In this document: piece after piece, positions 27,394 through 37,170 of the stretch
Layout: each line of letters starts with the position of its first letter
How positions within the stretch are numbered: position 1 is the stretch's first letter
Origin: Demequinaceae bacterium
GTDB taxonomy: Bacteria; Actinomycetota; Actinomycetes; Actinomycetales; JAJYRW01
Length of the DNA: 50,771 bases
Direction: 5' to 3'
NCBI GenBank assembly: GCA_027322505.1
Contig: DAHVRJ010000002.1
Location: 1-50,771 of the forward strand
The notes under the pieces: model-generated
Seen by the model: the letters and a program-made list of their open reading frames with translations, nothing else
Told to the model about the DNA's origin: nothing
Databases searched by the model: none
Translations under genes and position numbers: made by a program

Positions 27394-29448
27394 TCACATG
27401 TCCTGCGCCAGCCGCTTTAGGGCCTGCTGCGTTTTTTGCGCGTCGGTTGTGCGCCAAAATTCCGGCAGCGAGTTCAAAAGAAATCTACCGTAACCGGCAG
27501 TTGCCAATCGCGAATCCAGCACCGCGACTACGCCCCGATCATTCCCGCTGCGAATTAACCGGCCGGCACCTTGTGCGAGCAGTAACGCCGCATGATTGAC
27601 AGAGACCGCCATAAACCCGTTGCCGCCGGCTGCTTCCACCGCGCGGGAACGTGCCTGTGCAACTGGGTCATCAGGCCGGGGAAATGGAATGCGATCTATC
27701 GCGACGACGCGACAGTTTTGTCCCGGTACGTCCACGCCCTGCCACAGGGAGATGGTTCCAAACAGACACGTGGTCGCATCGGCAGCAAATTGTGAAACCA
27801 GGGTGGGCAGCACATCATCCCCCTGGCACAAAATGGGCACGTCACATGTTTCTCGAAGTACTTGCGCGGCCCGCTGCGCAGCCCGCCGGGAAGAAAAAAG
27901 ACCGAGAACTCCCCCGTTCGACGCAGATATTAGGCGACGCAGTTCGGCATGGGTCTGGTCAGGATCCTCGCCTGGTCGCGGCAAATGACGCGCCACGTAA
28001 AGGATTCCCTGCTTGGCGTAGTCGAACGGGCTGCCCACATCCACACCGCGCCAGTTGCCGCCTTGTGGCCCCTGCAAACCAATAGACCCGGCAACCGAAC
28101 TGAACTCACCACCCAGTTTTAGCGTTGCGGAGGTAAAAATGGCGCTGCGCTTTTCCAGCACGGAGTTTCGCAGCAGACCCGCGACGTTTAAGGGCGCAAT
28201 ATGCAGGGCCGGATTGCGGTCGTTCCACTCAGAGGGCTGAGAGCACCAAGCCACATCATGTTCATTTAAACCTGTTAGCCGCTCACAGACTTCAAAGATC
28301 GCCTCGAGCGCGGCATGTGCCAGTTGTTTATGGCTCTGCGCGTTCTGCTCCGAAGCGGGCTTATCATCAGCTCGCACGATGCTCATCAGTTCCCGCGTGG
28401 CGGTGTGTATCGCCGCAACCGCCTCGGCTGTTTCGGCGGGTAGACCCGTTTGCAGCCAACCAGCCGGGGTCTTGTCAAGCGCCGATGCCAGGCTCTGGGC
28501 CCCGGCGTCCAAATCCGTCGTGGGCAGCCCGGCATGCCGGCGAACTGTCCGCGCGGCAGTCGCAACGGCCGAAGCAGATAACTCCCCGGTAACAGCTGCC
28601 GTCACCCGCTGGGTAAGTTCGTGTGCCTCATCGACGATAACCACTTCATGTTCGGGCAGGACCGAGTTTTCGCCCGTGGTCGACAAAGCCAGCATGGCGT
28701 GATTTGTCACCACCACATCGGCTGACTGGGCATCGCTTCGTACCTGTTCGCTAAAACACTCCGCAGCCATCGGGCACTTCGCCGCCCCCAAACACTCCAG
28801 GGCCGAAACAGACACCTGCCGCCAGGCTTTTTCACTCACGCCGGGGACTAGATCGTCGCGGTCCCCCGTCTGCGTCTGTTGGGCCCACTGGCGCAATCGC
28901 ATAACCTCGGCGCCAAGTTCGCTGGGCTCTTCCGACGCTTCTTCGGCGGCTGGTTCCATATCGAACAGCCCATCGGGCTCCTGAGGCATGCCGCCGTGCA
29001 GTTTGTGCTTACAGACGTAGTTTTGCCGCCCTTTTAAAAGCGTGATCTGGGCCGGCCGGCCCAGTTCTTTGCCAAGTGCTTGCGTAACTAAGGGAATATC
29101 GCGCAGCATCAGTTGTCGCTGCAGCGCCAGTGTGGCGGTCGAAATGATTACCCGCTCATTTTCGTTCAGAGCGTGGCGCAGTGCGGGAACTAGGTATCCC
29201 AGCGATTTGCCCGTGCCGGTGCCGGCCTGCACCAGGAGATGGACGCCGTCCTGCATCGCATCCGCAACCGACTCGGCCATCTGCGCCTGCCCCGCCCGAT
29301 GCGTTCCCCCGAGGTGACCCACAGCCTTTTGCAGCAGTGCCTCCACTGAACCGGCTGCCGCCAACTCCTCGGAGTGTGCGGCGCGCGCGGTTTGGGAATC
29401 GCTGGGCTGAGCCGAAGCCGGGGTGGAATCTTCAGTGGTGGCACTCAC
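27394..29448 (-). CDS. DinG/YoaA-family ATP-dependent DNA helicase (Fe-S cysteines present)
   Basis: QAGTGTGKSLGY, KGRQNYVC, ECLG..KCP...ECF, VVTNHA, DEAH, TSATL, SPFDY, WQGVDVPG, QGAGRLIR; GTG start 7 nt after TAGTCT. Confidence 0.92.
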   Translation of the reverse strand: MSATTEDSTPASAQPSDSQTARAAHSEELAAAGSVEALLQKAVGHLGGTHRAGQAQMAESVADAMQDGVHLLVQAGTGTGKSLGYLVPALRHALNENERVIISTATLALQRQLMLRDIPLVTQALGKELGRPAQITLLKGRQNYVCKHKLHGGMPQEPDGLFDMEPAAEEASEEPSELGAEVMRLRQWAQQTQTGDRDDLVPGVSEKAWRQVSVSALECLGAAKCPMAAECFSEQVRSDAQSADVVVTNHAMLALSTTGENSVLPEHEVVIVDEAHELTQRVTAAVTGELSASAVATAARTVRRHAGLPTTDLDAGAQSLASALDKTPAGWLQTGLPAETAEAVAAIHTATRELMSIVRADDKPASEQNAQSHKQLAHAALEAIFEVCERLTGLNEHDVAWCSQPSEWNDRNPALHIAPLNVAGLLRNSVLEKRSAIFTSATLKLGGEFSSVAGSIGLQGPQGGNWRGVDVGSPFDYAKQGILYVARHLPRPGEDPDQTHAELRRLISASNGGVLGLFSSRRAAQRAAQVLRETCDVPILCQGDDVLPTLVSQFAADATTCLFGTISLWQGVDVPGQNCRVVAIDRIPFPRPDDPVAQARSRAVEAAGGNGFMAVSVNHAALLLAQGAGRLIRSGNDRGVVAVLDSRLATAGYGRFLLNSLPEFWRTTDAQKTQQALKRLAQDM

Positions 29449-29470
29449 GGGCCCAAGACTACGCACAAAC

Positions 29471-30964
29471 TTAAGAGGCGGACTGGTTACCCACAGCTAC
29501 TTCTTGTAACTCGTCCGCTAACGGGGCATCTACCCGCGCAATTAGCCGCGTCCCGGTGGCCAGGTGCTCCTCGCTATCGACCTCGCCTCCCTCGTGGGCC
29601 CGGTGGACTAGGTCTCCCCGGTCATAAGGGACGACCAAATCCACGTCGACCTCTGGGCGGGGCAGCTCATCTGCAATCCGCTGAGTCAGCTCTGGGAAAC
29701 CGGCCCCCGTCACAGCCGAAATCAATACTGCCTCCGGTTCAGCGGCTCGCATTTGCGCCACCGCCTCGGGATCAGCAATATCGGCCTTATTAAGCACGAT
29801 AATTTCTGGAACGTCGGGCTGGAGCATATCGGCAACTACCGAGCGCACCGCCGAAATCTGGCCCTTCGGATCCGGATGAGAGACATCAACAACGTGGAGC
29901 AGGACGTCGGCGTATTCCACCTCCTCCAAAGAAGAGCGGAATGCCTCGACTAACTCGTGGGGAAGGCGCCGCACGAACCCAACGGTGTCGGTAAGGGTGA
30001 AGACGCGGCCATCGGGAGTGTGTGAGCGGCGCACAGTCGGATCTAGAGTCGCAAAAAGAGCGTTTTCCACCAGCGCACCTGCCCCGGTAAGGCGATTTAA
30101 AACACTAGACTTGCCAGCGTTGGTGTAGCCCATGATTGCCACCGAAGGAATCGCATTACGGCGGCGCGAGGACCGCTTAGTTTCCCGCGCCGGTTGCATG
30201 GCTGCGATCTCGCGCCGCAATTTAGCCGCCCGGGTTCGGATTCGGCGCCGATCCAGTTCTATTTTTGTTTCACCTGGGCCGCGTGAACCAATTCCAGCTC
30301 CCGCGGCAACGCGACCACCAGCTTGTCGGGACATTGACTCACCCCAGCCCCGCAGCCGCGGCAATAGATATTCAAGCTGGGCGAGTTCGACCTGCGCCTT
30401 ACCCTCCCGTGAGGAGGCGTGCTGGGCAAAAATATCCAAAATTAGCGTCGTGCGATCAATGACTTTCGCATCGACGATGTCTTCTAACCCGCGCCGCTGC
30501 GAAGCGGTGAGTTCCTCATCGACGATGACCGTATCCACGTCGTTGGCGGCAACGAGCTCGCGCAATTCACGTGCCTTTCCCGACCCCAAGTACGTCGCCG
30601 TATCGGGAAGGGGCCGGCGCTGCAAAATCCCATCGAGCACGACCGAACCCGCGGTATCGGCCAGCGCAGCAAGTTCTCGCAGGGAAATCTCGGCCTCTTG
30701 ATAGGAACTCTTGCCCCACAACCCCACCAATATGACGCGCTCCAGACGCAAGCGGCGATACTCGACATCTTGCACATCGTCGCGCTCGGTGGACAATCCA
30801 CTTACCCGCCGCAGTGCGGAGCGTTCCTCGCGCTCGAACTGTTCCCCGTCGTAGGAGCGGTCGATATTGTCTTGCTCATCGAGAGCGGTTCCAGCTCGGG
30901 CGAGCACCCGGTCTACCACTGCGCGGGCGCGACGTTCATTTTCACTGGATCCAGATGGGGTCAT
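29471..30964 (-). CDS. hflX: GTPase HflX
   Basis: IDRTTLILDIFAQHA, GPGETKIELDRRRI, GYTNAGKSS, LFATLDPT, DTVGF, NKAD; start moved to ATG 30964. Confidence 0.96.
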   Translation of the reverse strand: MTPSGSSENERRARAVVDRVLARAGTALDEQDNIDRSYDGEQFEREERSALRRVSGLSTERDDVQDVEYRRLRLERVILVGLWGKSSYQEAEISLRELAALADTAGSVVLDGILQRRPLPDTATYLGSGKARELRELVAANDVDTVIVDEELTASQRRGLEDIVDAKVIDRTTLILDIFAQHASSREGKAQVELAQLEYLLPRLRGWGESMSRQAGGRVAAGAGIGSRGPGETKIELDRRRIRTRAAKLRREIAAMQPARETKRSSRRRNAIPSVAIMGYTNAGKSSVLNRLTGAGALVENALFATLDPTVRRSHTPDGRVFTLTDTVGFVRRLPHELVEAFRSSLEEVEYADVLLHVVDVSHPDPKGQISAVRSVVADMLQPDVPEIIVLNKADIADPEAVAQMRAAEPEAVLISAVTGAGFPELTQRIADELPRPEVDVDLVVPYDRGDLVHRAHEGGEVDSEEHLATGTRLIARVDAPLADELQEVAVGNQSAS

Positions 30965-31090
30965 TTCCTGCTTTCTGTCAACGATTTTGTACTGCAATTA
31001 TCCCACTTCTTGGCGGATATAGCGAGTGGCTGCGGCGGGTCATCTTGGCAGCCATAGCAAGAGGCGTGGGCGGGTCGCTACGCTAGTGGA

Positions 31091-31741
31091 GTGAAGGACA
31101 ATGGCCACGAGAGTTCCCCTCCGCCTTCGGGCGCGCCGCACCGACCGGCGCAGCACTATTTCAGCTCCGAGCCCTTAAGTGCGCAGAATCTACGCGAGTT
31201 GCGAGTAACACTTGCGGGCCGGGAACTAGACCTGGTCACCGCCGCTGGAATCTTCTCGCCCGATCACGTCGATTTGGGTACCCGCGTACTACTACGAAAA
31301 GTTCCAGCGCCAGCGCAAGAAGGCAATCTGCTCGATCTGGGCTGCGGCTGGGGACCAATTTCCCTCACAATGGCCCTCGAATCGCCCCGCGCGCATGTCT
31401 GGGCGGTAGATGTCAACACCCGCGCGGTAGAAATCGTCCGGCAGAACGCGCAGCGCGCCGGCATCGAAAATATAACCGCTTGCACGCCCGATGAGGTGCC
31501 CACTGACGTCGAATTCGCCACCATATGGTCCAACCCACCCGTCCGCATCGGCAAAGCCGCGCTCCAAGAACTCGTCTCCCAGTGGCTTGGAAGGTTAATT
31601 ACGGACGGCGAGGCTTGGCTGGTAATTCAACGCCACCTGGGTGCGGACTCACTTCACCGGTGGTTAGCCCAAAACTGGGAAGTTGAGCGCGCCGGAAGCG
31701 CCAAGGGTTTTCGTGTTCTGCAGGTCAAACCGCGTAACTAG
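31091..31741 (+). CDS. Class I SAM-dependent methyltransferase (RsmC/MTS-like)
   Basis: HYFS, GIFSPDHVDLGT, LDLGCGWGPI, SNPPVRIGK, GADSL, KGFRVL; -10 TACGCT 6 nt upstream. Confidence 0.88.
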   Translation: MKDNGHESSPPPSGAPHRPAQHYFSSEPLSAQNLRELRVTLAGRELDLVTAAGIFSPDHVDLGTRVLLRKVPAPAQEGNLLDLGCGWGPISLTMALESPRAHVWAVDVNTRAVEIVRQNAQRAGIENITACTPDEVPTDVEFATIWSNPPVRIGKAALQELVSQWLGRLITDGEAWLVIQRHLGADSLHRWLAQNWEVERAGSAKGFRVLQVKPRN

Positions 31742-31764
31742 CGCCACCGCCCCCAAGAAACAGC

Positions 31765-31845
31765 GCGGTAGCTAGGCGCCAGGGGTCGCAGTTAGGCGGT
31801 AGCTAATCGCCAAGCGGGGCAGCTAATCGGCAATTAGGCAGTTGC
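31765..31845. repeat. Degenerate short direct repeats between convergent methyltransferase and miaA
   Basis: gcggtagctaggcgcca (31765) / gcggtagctaatcgcca (31796); agctaatcg at 31801 and 31821; ttaggcggtagc versus the miaA end ttaggcagttgc. Confidence 0.55.
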
Positions 31846-32745
31846 AATTGCCGACTGCACCTGAGCAACCGTGCTGAAGGCTGGCAGGTAAATCACGCGG
31901 TCGTCGCGGGCAAACCACCGCCGCTGGCGGCGCGCCAGTTGTCGCGTATTTTGTGCAATTAGCGCGCGGGTTTCCTCCGCGTTTAGTTCACCACTGAGAT
32001 ATCGCATCGTCTCGGCGTAGCCAACTGCCCGCGCAGCTGTCGGACCAGTGGCGAGTCCGGCTGCTAAAAGGGATTGGGTCTCCGATGCCAGGCCCTTGTT
32101 CCACATTTGATCAACGCGATGCTCGATGCGCTTGTCGAGTTCAACCTGGTCGAGTGTAAGTGCAATTTGGACGGTCGGATAGACATACTTTGGCGTCGGT
32201 AAAGAGGCTGCGAAGGGTTTTCCAGTCAACGTAATGACTTCAAGTGCGCGCACAATGCGCCGGTCATTACGCGGTTGAATTGTTGCCGCTGCGGCTGGAT
32301 CTTTTTTTTCTAGTTCCCGGTACAGCACTTCGAGCCCCTCAACTTCAACACGCTCATAGAGCCAGGCGCGCAGGTGGGGATCGGTGGGAGGGAAATCTAT
32401 CTCGTCCAGGGCGGCGCGCACATATAGTCCCGATCCGCCAACCAGGATTGCCGTCTTATTTCGATTGCGAATGGCGTCAATTGCCGCGCGGGCCTGCTGT
32501 TGATAAATCGCAACCGATGCCTCTTGGGAGACGTCCAGAACATCGAAGAGGTGATGGGGAACTCCCTGGCGCTCCTGGGGCGGAACTTTTGCGGTGCCGA
32601 TGTCCATGCCGCGATAAAGCGCCATGGCATCCGCGTTAACGATCTCGCCATCTACTTGGCGTGCTAGCTCAATGGCGAGGTCGGATTTGCCAGTGGCGGT
32701 TTGTCCGACAAATGCAACTACGCGCTGTAAGGGGCCGGAACTCAA
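31834..32745 (-). CDS. miaA: tRNA dimethylallyltransferase
   Basis: GQTATGKS, NADAMALYRGMDIGTAK, VGGSGLYVRA, RRIVRALEV, AVGY, TRQLARRQRRWF. Confidence 0.96.
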   Translation of the reverse strand: MSSGPLQRVVAFVGQTATGKSDLAIELARQVDGEIVNADAMALYRGMDIGTAKVPPQERQGVPHHLFDVLDVSQEASVAIYQQQARAAIDAIRNRNKTAILVGGSGLYVRAALDEIDFPPTDPHLRAWLYERVEVEGLEVLYRELEKKDPAAAATIQPRNDRRIVRALEVITLTGKPFAASLPTPKYVYPTVQIALTLDQVELDKRIEHRVDQMWNKGLASETQSLLAAGLATGPTAARAVGYAETMRYLSGELNAEETRALIAQNTRQLARRQRRWFARDDRVIYLPAFSTVAQVQSAIATA

Positions 32746-33491
32746 TTGGCGGCCTTCTTCCTTGCCGACCAGGAAGCGGCGAAGTAGGTTACGCCACCAA
32801 ACTGTTCAAAATGGAAATTTTGCGGGTGGCAACTGCCATTTTCGATCATCGAAAACGCCCGCGCTGCCGCGGCGCCGGCCATCGCAAGAGTTGCCCCAAC
32901 TTCCTGGCTACGCATTAAATCGATGTTCTTAAATCCCCGCCAGTTGCCTTCCTGGAGCACCCTGGTCAGTTCCGCATCAATCATCTGGCCCGGATCTGGT
33001 TGCGCTCCCGCGTTCAAATTGGAAGTTTCCAGTCCCTGAGGGGCAGTTTCGGGGCGGTCAGGGGCAGTTTCCGGGCGCTGAGGGGCAGCGGGAAGCGGAT
33101 CGATAACCAGCGGTGCACTCGGGCCGTGTGTCGCGGCGCCGGTTCCCATAATCAGCCACAGGCTCGCTCCCTCAAAAGGCGCGGATTTCGGATCAAGGTC
33201 AGTGACGACGTCCAAAATTTTGCCTTTAAACCCCGCCCCCAGCAGGAGCTGAGAGGCGATATGGAACCCCGGTAAGGGGCGGTTGAACTTCGAGCGCGGG
33301 GTGTAGAAAACGGCCACTTGCGGCGGCGCGTCATTTCTGTGGCGGGAATTATCATTTCGGCGGATCTGGGCCAGTGCGCTTTGGATCAGGTCAGCGCAGC
33401 GAGTTTCGAGTTCCGGCAGTGCCGGCTGCAGTCCGGACCTGCCCGGCAAGACCAGCTCGGTATCGGGGAGGAAAACGATGGGGAGGGCCAC
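32742..33491 (-). CDS. Diverged homologue of the extradiol-dioxygenase-B-like protein usually found between miaB and miaA
   Basis: IMGTGAATHGPSAP, IDAELTRVL and GVTYFAASW resemble that family as I recall it; 4-bp overlap with miaA. Confidence 0.55.
   Translation of the reverse strand: MALPIVFLPDTELVLPGRSGLQPALPELETRCADLIQSALAQIRRNDNSRHRNDAPPQVAVFYTPRSKFNRPLPGFHIASQLLLGAGFKGKILDVVTDLDPKSAPFEGASLWLIMGTGAATHGPSAPLVIDPLPAAPQRPETAPDRPETAPQGLETSNLNAGAQPDPGQMIDAELTRVLQEGNWRGFKNIDLMRSQEVGATLAMAGAAAARAFSMIENGSCHPQNFHFEQFGGVTYFAASWSARKKAAN
33024..33086. repeat. 21-bp coding tandem repeat, 3 units (APxRPET)
   Basis: agtttccagtccctgaggggc / agtttcggggcggtcaggggc / agtttccgggcgctgaggggc. Confidence 0.85.
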
Positions 33492-33502
33492 GGCGCGCAG
33501 GT

Positions 33503-35056
33503 TTAAGAAGTTCGAATGGTGGGCATTCCCAAACTCACGCCGTTTGTGCCACTCGTGGTTGGACTTTGACCGGCAAGTTTGCCGCGCTCATGCGCGGCCC
33601 AGGCGTCACCGGCGCGCGTGCGGCGCAACTGAAATTCTCCAGTGGTTAAAGCCGAATCGGCTACCAAGTGGTGGGGGGCGGCGTGGGTAACTACGGCTTT
33701 GACAATGTCGCCGGGACGGGGCGTACGCGAGGAGCGGGTTTCCGAATCAAGCAGCGGAGCGGGGCCAAGCGCGTCCTCGGGTAGGGAAATATGGGTTAGT
33801 CGATGATCGCGCGAGCGGCCCGAAACGCGATTGGTGCGATCGTCTTTGCGTCCCCCGCCCTGAGTGATGAGTACTTCGACCTCGGTACCAATGCGGGCGC
33901 GATTTTCCTGTTCGGAAATGTCATTTTGCAGCCGAACCAGCCGCTCATAGCGCTCTTGTACCACCTCGGGTGGGATTTGGTCATCCATGGTCGCAGCCGG
34001 GGTGCCGGGCCGCGGGGAGTACTGGAAGGTGTAGGCCATCGCAAAGCGGGATTTTTCGACGACGGCCATGGTGTCTTGGAAGTCTTCCTCAGTTTCTCCC
34101 GGGAAGCCGACAATAATGTCGGTGGTGATGGCGGCGTTGGGAATGCGCTCGCGGACACGATCGAGGATGCCCAGGTACTTCTTTGACCGATAGGACCGCC
34201 GCATCGCGCGTAAAACTGCATCAGAACCGGACTGGAGGGGCATGTGGAGCGAGGGCATCACGTTGGGAGTTTCGGCCATCGCGTCGATGACGTCGTCGGT
34301 GAACGCGGCTGGGTGGGGGCTAGTGAATCGAACCCGCTCGAGGCCGGAAATTTCACCGCACGCCCGCAGCAGTTTGGCGAATGCTCCCCGATCGCCAAAG
34401 CCCACACCGTAGCTGTTTACGTTTTGCCCCAGGAGCGTTACCTCAATAGCGCCCTGGGCCACGAGCGCTTCGACCTCCGCCAGAATGTCACCCGGTTTGC
34501 GATCGCGCTCTTTTCCGCGCAATTGCGGGACAATGCAAAATGTGCAGGTGTTATTGCAGCCCACCGAGATTGATACCCACCCCGAATAGGCGGCGTCGCG
34601 CTTGGCGGGCAGGGTGGACGGGAACGTCTCTAGGGCGTCCAGAATCTCCACCTGCGCTTCGGCGTTGTGCCGGGCCCGCTCCAGGAGTATCGGTAGGGAG
34701 CCAAGGTTGTGGGTGCCAAATACGACGTCTACCCACGGGGCGCGGTCCACAATGGTGGAGCGGTCTTTTTGTGCCAGGCAGCCCCCCACTGCAATTTGCA
34801 TTCCGGGCCGTTCACGCTTGGCCGCGGCTAGTTGGCCCAAGTTTCCATAGAGCTTATTATCCGCGTTCTCCCGTACCGCGCAGGTATTGAGGACGACAAT
34901 GTCGATTTCGCCGCGTTCAATTTGCGTTTCTTCGGCTCGGACGTAGCCGGCCTCCTCCAACATGCCGGCTAAGCGTTCTGAATCGTGAACATTCATTTGG
35001 CAGCCGAAGGTGCGCACCTGATAGGTGCGCGGCGCCTGGATCGTGGTTGCACTCAT
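33503..35056 (-). CDS. miaB: tRNA-2-methylthio-N6-dimethylallyladenosine synthase
   Basis: [33 protein letters not shown] (radical SAM), [27 protein letters not shown]. Confidence 0.97.
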   Translation of the reverse strand: MSATTIQAPRTYQVRTFGCQMNVHDSERLAGMLEEAGYVRAEETQIERGEIDIVVLNTCAVRENADNKLYGNLGQLAAAKRERPGMQIAVGGCLAQKDRSTIVDRAPWVDVVFGTHNLGSLPILLERARHNAEAQVEILDALETFPSTLPAKRDAAYSGWVSISVGCNNTCTFCIVPQLRGKERDRKPGDILAEVEALVAQGAIEVTLLGQNVNSYGVGFGDRGAFAKLLRACGEISGLERVRFTSPHPAAFTDDVIDAMAETPNVMPSLHMPLQSGSDAVLRAMRRSYRSKKYLGILDRVRERIPNAAITTDIIVGFPGETEEDFQDTMAVVEKSRFAMAYTFQYSPRPGTPAATMDDQIPPEVVQERYERLVRLQNDISEQENRARIGTEVEVLITQGGGRKDDRTNRVSGRSRDHRLTHISLPEDALGPAPLLDSETRSSRTPRPGDIVKAVVTHAAPHHLVADSALTTGEFQLRRTRAGDAWAAHERGKLAGQSPTTSGTNGVSLGMPTIRTS

Positions 35057-35083
35057 AACAGCCCATAGCCTACGACGTGTGTA

Positions 35084-36535
35084 CTAGCTGGCCGTAGCCG
35101 TGGCCCGCGTCTCTCGAATGACTACCACTTGGACCTGGCCCGGGTAGGTCATCTCGGTTTGAATTCGCTTGGCAATGGTTCGAGCCAGCTCAACTGCGGC
35201 TTCGTCATCCACCTGTTCTGGTTCAACGGCAACGCGCACCTCGCGGCCCGCGTTCATAGCAAACGCTCGCGCCACACCGGGCGAATCCTCGGCGATCTTT
35301 TCAATGCGAGCAACCCGCTCGACATACTGGTCTAGTTCTTCGCGGCGCGCTCCGGGCCGGGCGGCGGAGATCGCGTCCGCAATTTGGACCACTACGGCCT
35401 CCAGCGTCTCAGCTGGCACTTCGTCGTGATGGGCGGCAATGGCATTAACTACGGCATGTGACTCACCATGCCGGCGCGCTAGGTCCGCACCGATTAGGGC
35501 GTGGGTTCCCTCAATTTCGTGGCTTAGCGCCTTGCCGATGTCGTGTAAGAATGCCGCGCGCCGGGCCAGTTCCACATCCAGATTCAAATCTGCCGCTATC
35601 AGCGCGGCGAGGTAGGCGCTTTCTACCATGTGCGCAAGCACGTTTTGCCCAAAGCTCGTACGCAGACGCAGGCGGCCAAGGGTTTGAATAAGTTCGGGAG
35701 CTAAACCACTTACCCCAACCTCATCGGCTGCGCGCTGGCCCGCCTCGTGGGTCCGTTGCTCGGCCCGAGCCGAGGCCTCATGAAAAACACTTTCAATCCG
35801 CTCCGGATGTATGCGGCCATCGGCGATGAGGGCTTCCAACATGTCGCGGGCAATTTCGCGCCGCTCAGGATCAAAGCAGGAAAGTAGGACGGTGGTTGGG
35901 GTTTCATCGATAACCACATTGACACCGGTGATCGTTTCAAACGTGCGAATATTGCGTCCCTCTTTGCCAATGATGCGGCCCTTCATTTCTTCGGAAGGGA
36001 GCTGGACCAGCGTGACAATTGACTGCGCCGAGGTGGGCACGGCGAGCCGCTGCATCGCAGTAGTCAATATCCTGGTGGCCCGGTGTTCCGCTTCGGCCTT
36101 TGCCGCCTGTTCGGCTTGGCGGATTAGGGCGCGGTTTTCGTGTTCAATTTCTGCTTGGATGCGATCGCTTAACTCTTCGCGCGCCTGGGAGACTGAAAAT
36201 TCGCCAATCCGGGCCAGCTCGGCCCGCAACCGGTTCTCAAACTCAAGTCGTTCAGTTTCGAGCTCAGCGCGGCGCTGCGATAAATCAGCTGCTTTAACTG
36301 CCAGGCGCTCTCGGGCCGCTTCCTGGTCGGCTTCAAAGCGCTCTTGAAGTTTTGCCACTTGGGCCGAGCGCTGTTCGGCATCGCTTCGCTGTTTTTGCGC
36401 CTCTTGGCGCACTTCGGCGGCTTCTTCGGCGGAGCGGCGGCGCACCTCGTTCGCATCGCGCCGGGCGACAAGAATTAACAGAAGCGCAATGAGGCAAGCC
36501 AAGAGCAGCGCAGTAATCACCAGACTCTCGCCCAT
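35084..36535 (-). CDS. rny: Ribonuclease Y
   Basis: N-terminal TM and coiled coil; KH domain MKGRIIGKEGRNIR; RTSFGQNVL.H, LHDIGK (HD), ADAISAARPGARRE, AGREVRV. Confidence 0.95.
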   Translation of the reverse strand: MGESLVITALLLACLIALLLILVARRDANEVRRRSAEEAAEVRQEAQKQRSDAEQRSAQVAKLQERFEADQEAARERLAVKAADLSQRRAELETERLEFENRLRAELARIGEFSVSQAREELSDRIQAEIEHENRALIRQAEQAAKAEAEHRATRILTTAMQRLAVPTSAQSIVTLVQLPSEEMKGRIIGKEGRNIRTFETITGVNVVIDETPTTVLLSCFDPERREIARDMLEALIADGRIHPERIESVFHEASARAEQRTHEAGQRAADEVGVSGLAPELIQTLGRLRLRTSFGQNVLAHMVESAYLAALIAADLNLDVELARRAAFLHDIGKALSHEIEGTHALIGADLARRHGESHAVVNAIAAHHDEVPAETLEAVVVQIADAISAARPGARREELDQYVERVARIEKIAEDSPGVARAFAMNAGREVRVAVEPEQVDDEAAVELARTIAKRIQTEMTYPGQVQVVVIRETRATATAS

Positions 36536-36562
36536 TGCACCTCCAACATGGACTTATTGTCT

Positions 36563-37126
36563 TTAGATCATCCCATCATCGCGCTGATCTAATGCCGGGC
36601 GGATCACACTAAGAGCCTGCGCGGTGGAATACCCCCGCCGCCCTAAATAACCCACCAACCGCTGCAGCGCCCGCTCGCGCGGCAGCCTTCGAACTGATTC
36701 CATGCGGCGGGCAACTAGTTCTTCTGCGCGCTGCATTTCCGCTTCATCGTCCAATTGCTCCAGTGCGGCCTGTGCGTGTTCGTCACTTAGGCCACGGCGG
36801 CGCAACTCTTGCGCTATTGCGCGTCGCGCCTGGCCGCGCTCCCGATGTCGGGTACGCACCACCATGGCGGCATATTCTGCATCATCGATCAGCCCGAGCT
36901 CTTCATAACGATCGAGAATTTCATCTGCAATATCAGCGCTAATATCACGTTCGACAAGTCGCTGGTGCAGTTCAAACCGGCTGCGTGGGGCGCGGGATAA
37001 GGTGCGCAATAAAATTTCCCGCGCCCGTTCCGCTTCTTCAGCGCTCGATTGCTCAGACTCTTGCTGGGTCTTGGCAGATTCTTCCCCGTTTGGCGCCTCG
37101 CCCTTTCTCGTTTCGAAGTCCTCCAT
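36563..37126 (-). CDS. recX: RecA regulator RecX
   Basis: PRSRFEL, GLIDDAEYA, IAQELRRRG, RLVGYLGRRGY; downstream of recA. Confidence 0.93.
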   Translation of the reverse strand: MEDFETRKGEAPNGEESAKTQQESEQSSAEEAERAREILLRTLSRAPRSRFELHQRLVERDISADIADEILDRYEELGLIDDAEYAAMVVRTRHRERGQARRAIAQELRRRGLSDEHAQAALEQLDDEAEMQRAEELVARRMESVRRLPRERALQRLVGYLGRRGYSTAQALSVIRPALDQRDDGMI

Positions 37127-37170
37127 GGCGGGGCTAGCTCGCCACAGGATGAAGCGGACGTAGTACCGAT

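Noticed and set aside
32302-32309. T8 homopolymer in miaA as a phase-variation tract
   Set aside because: In-frame GAA-AAA-AAA codons (EKK) in an intact housekeeping gene.
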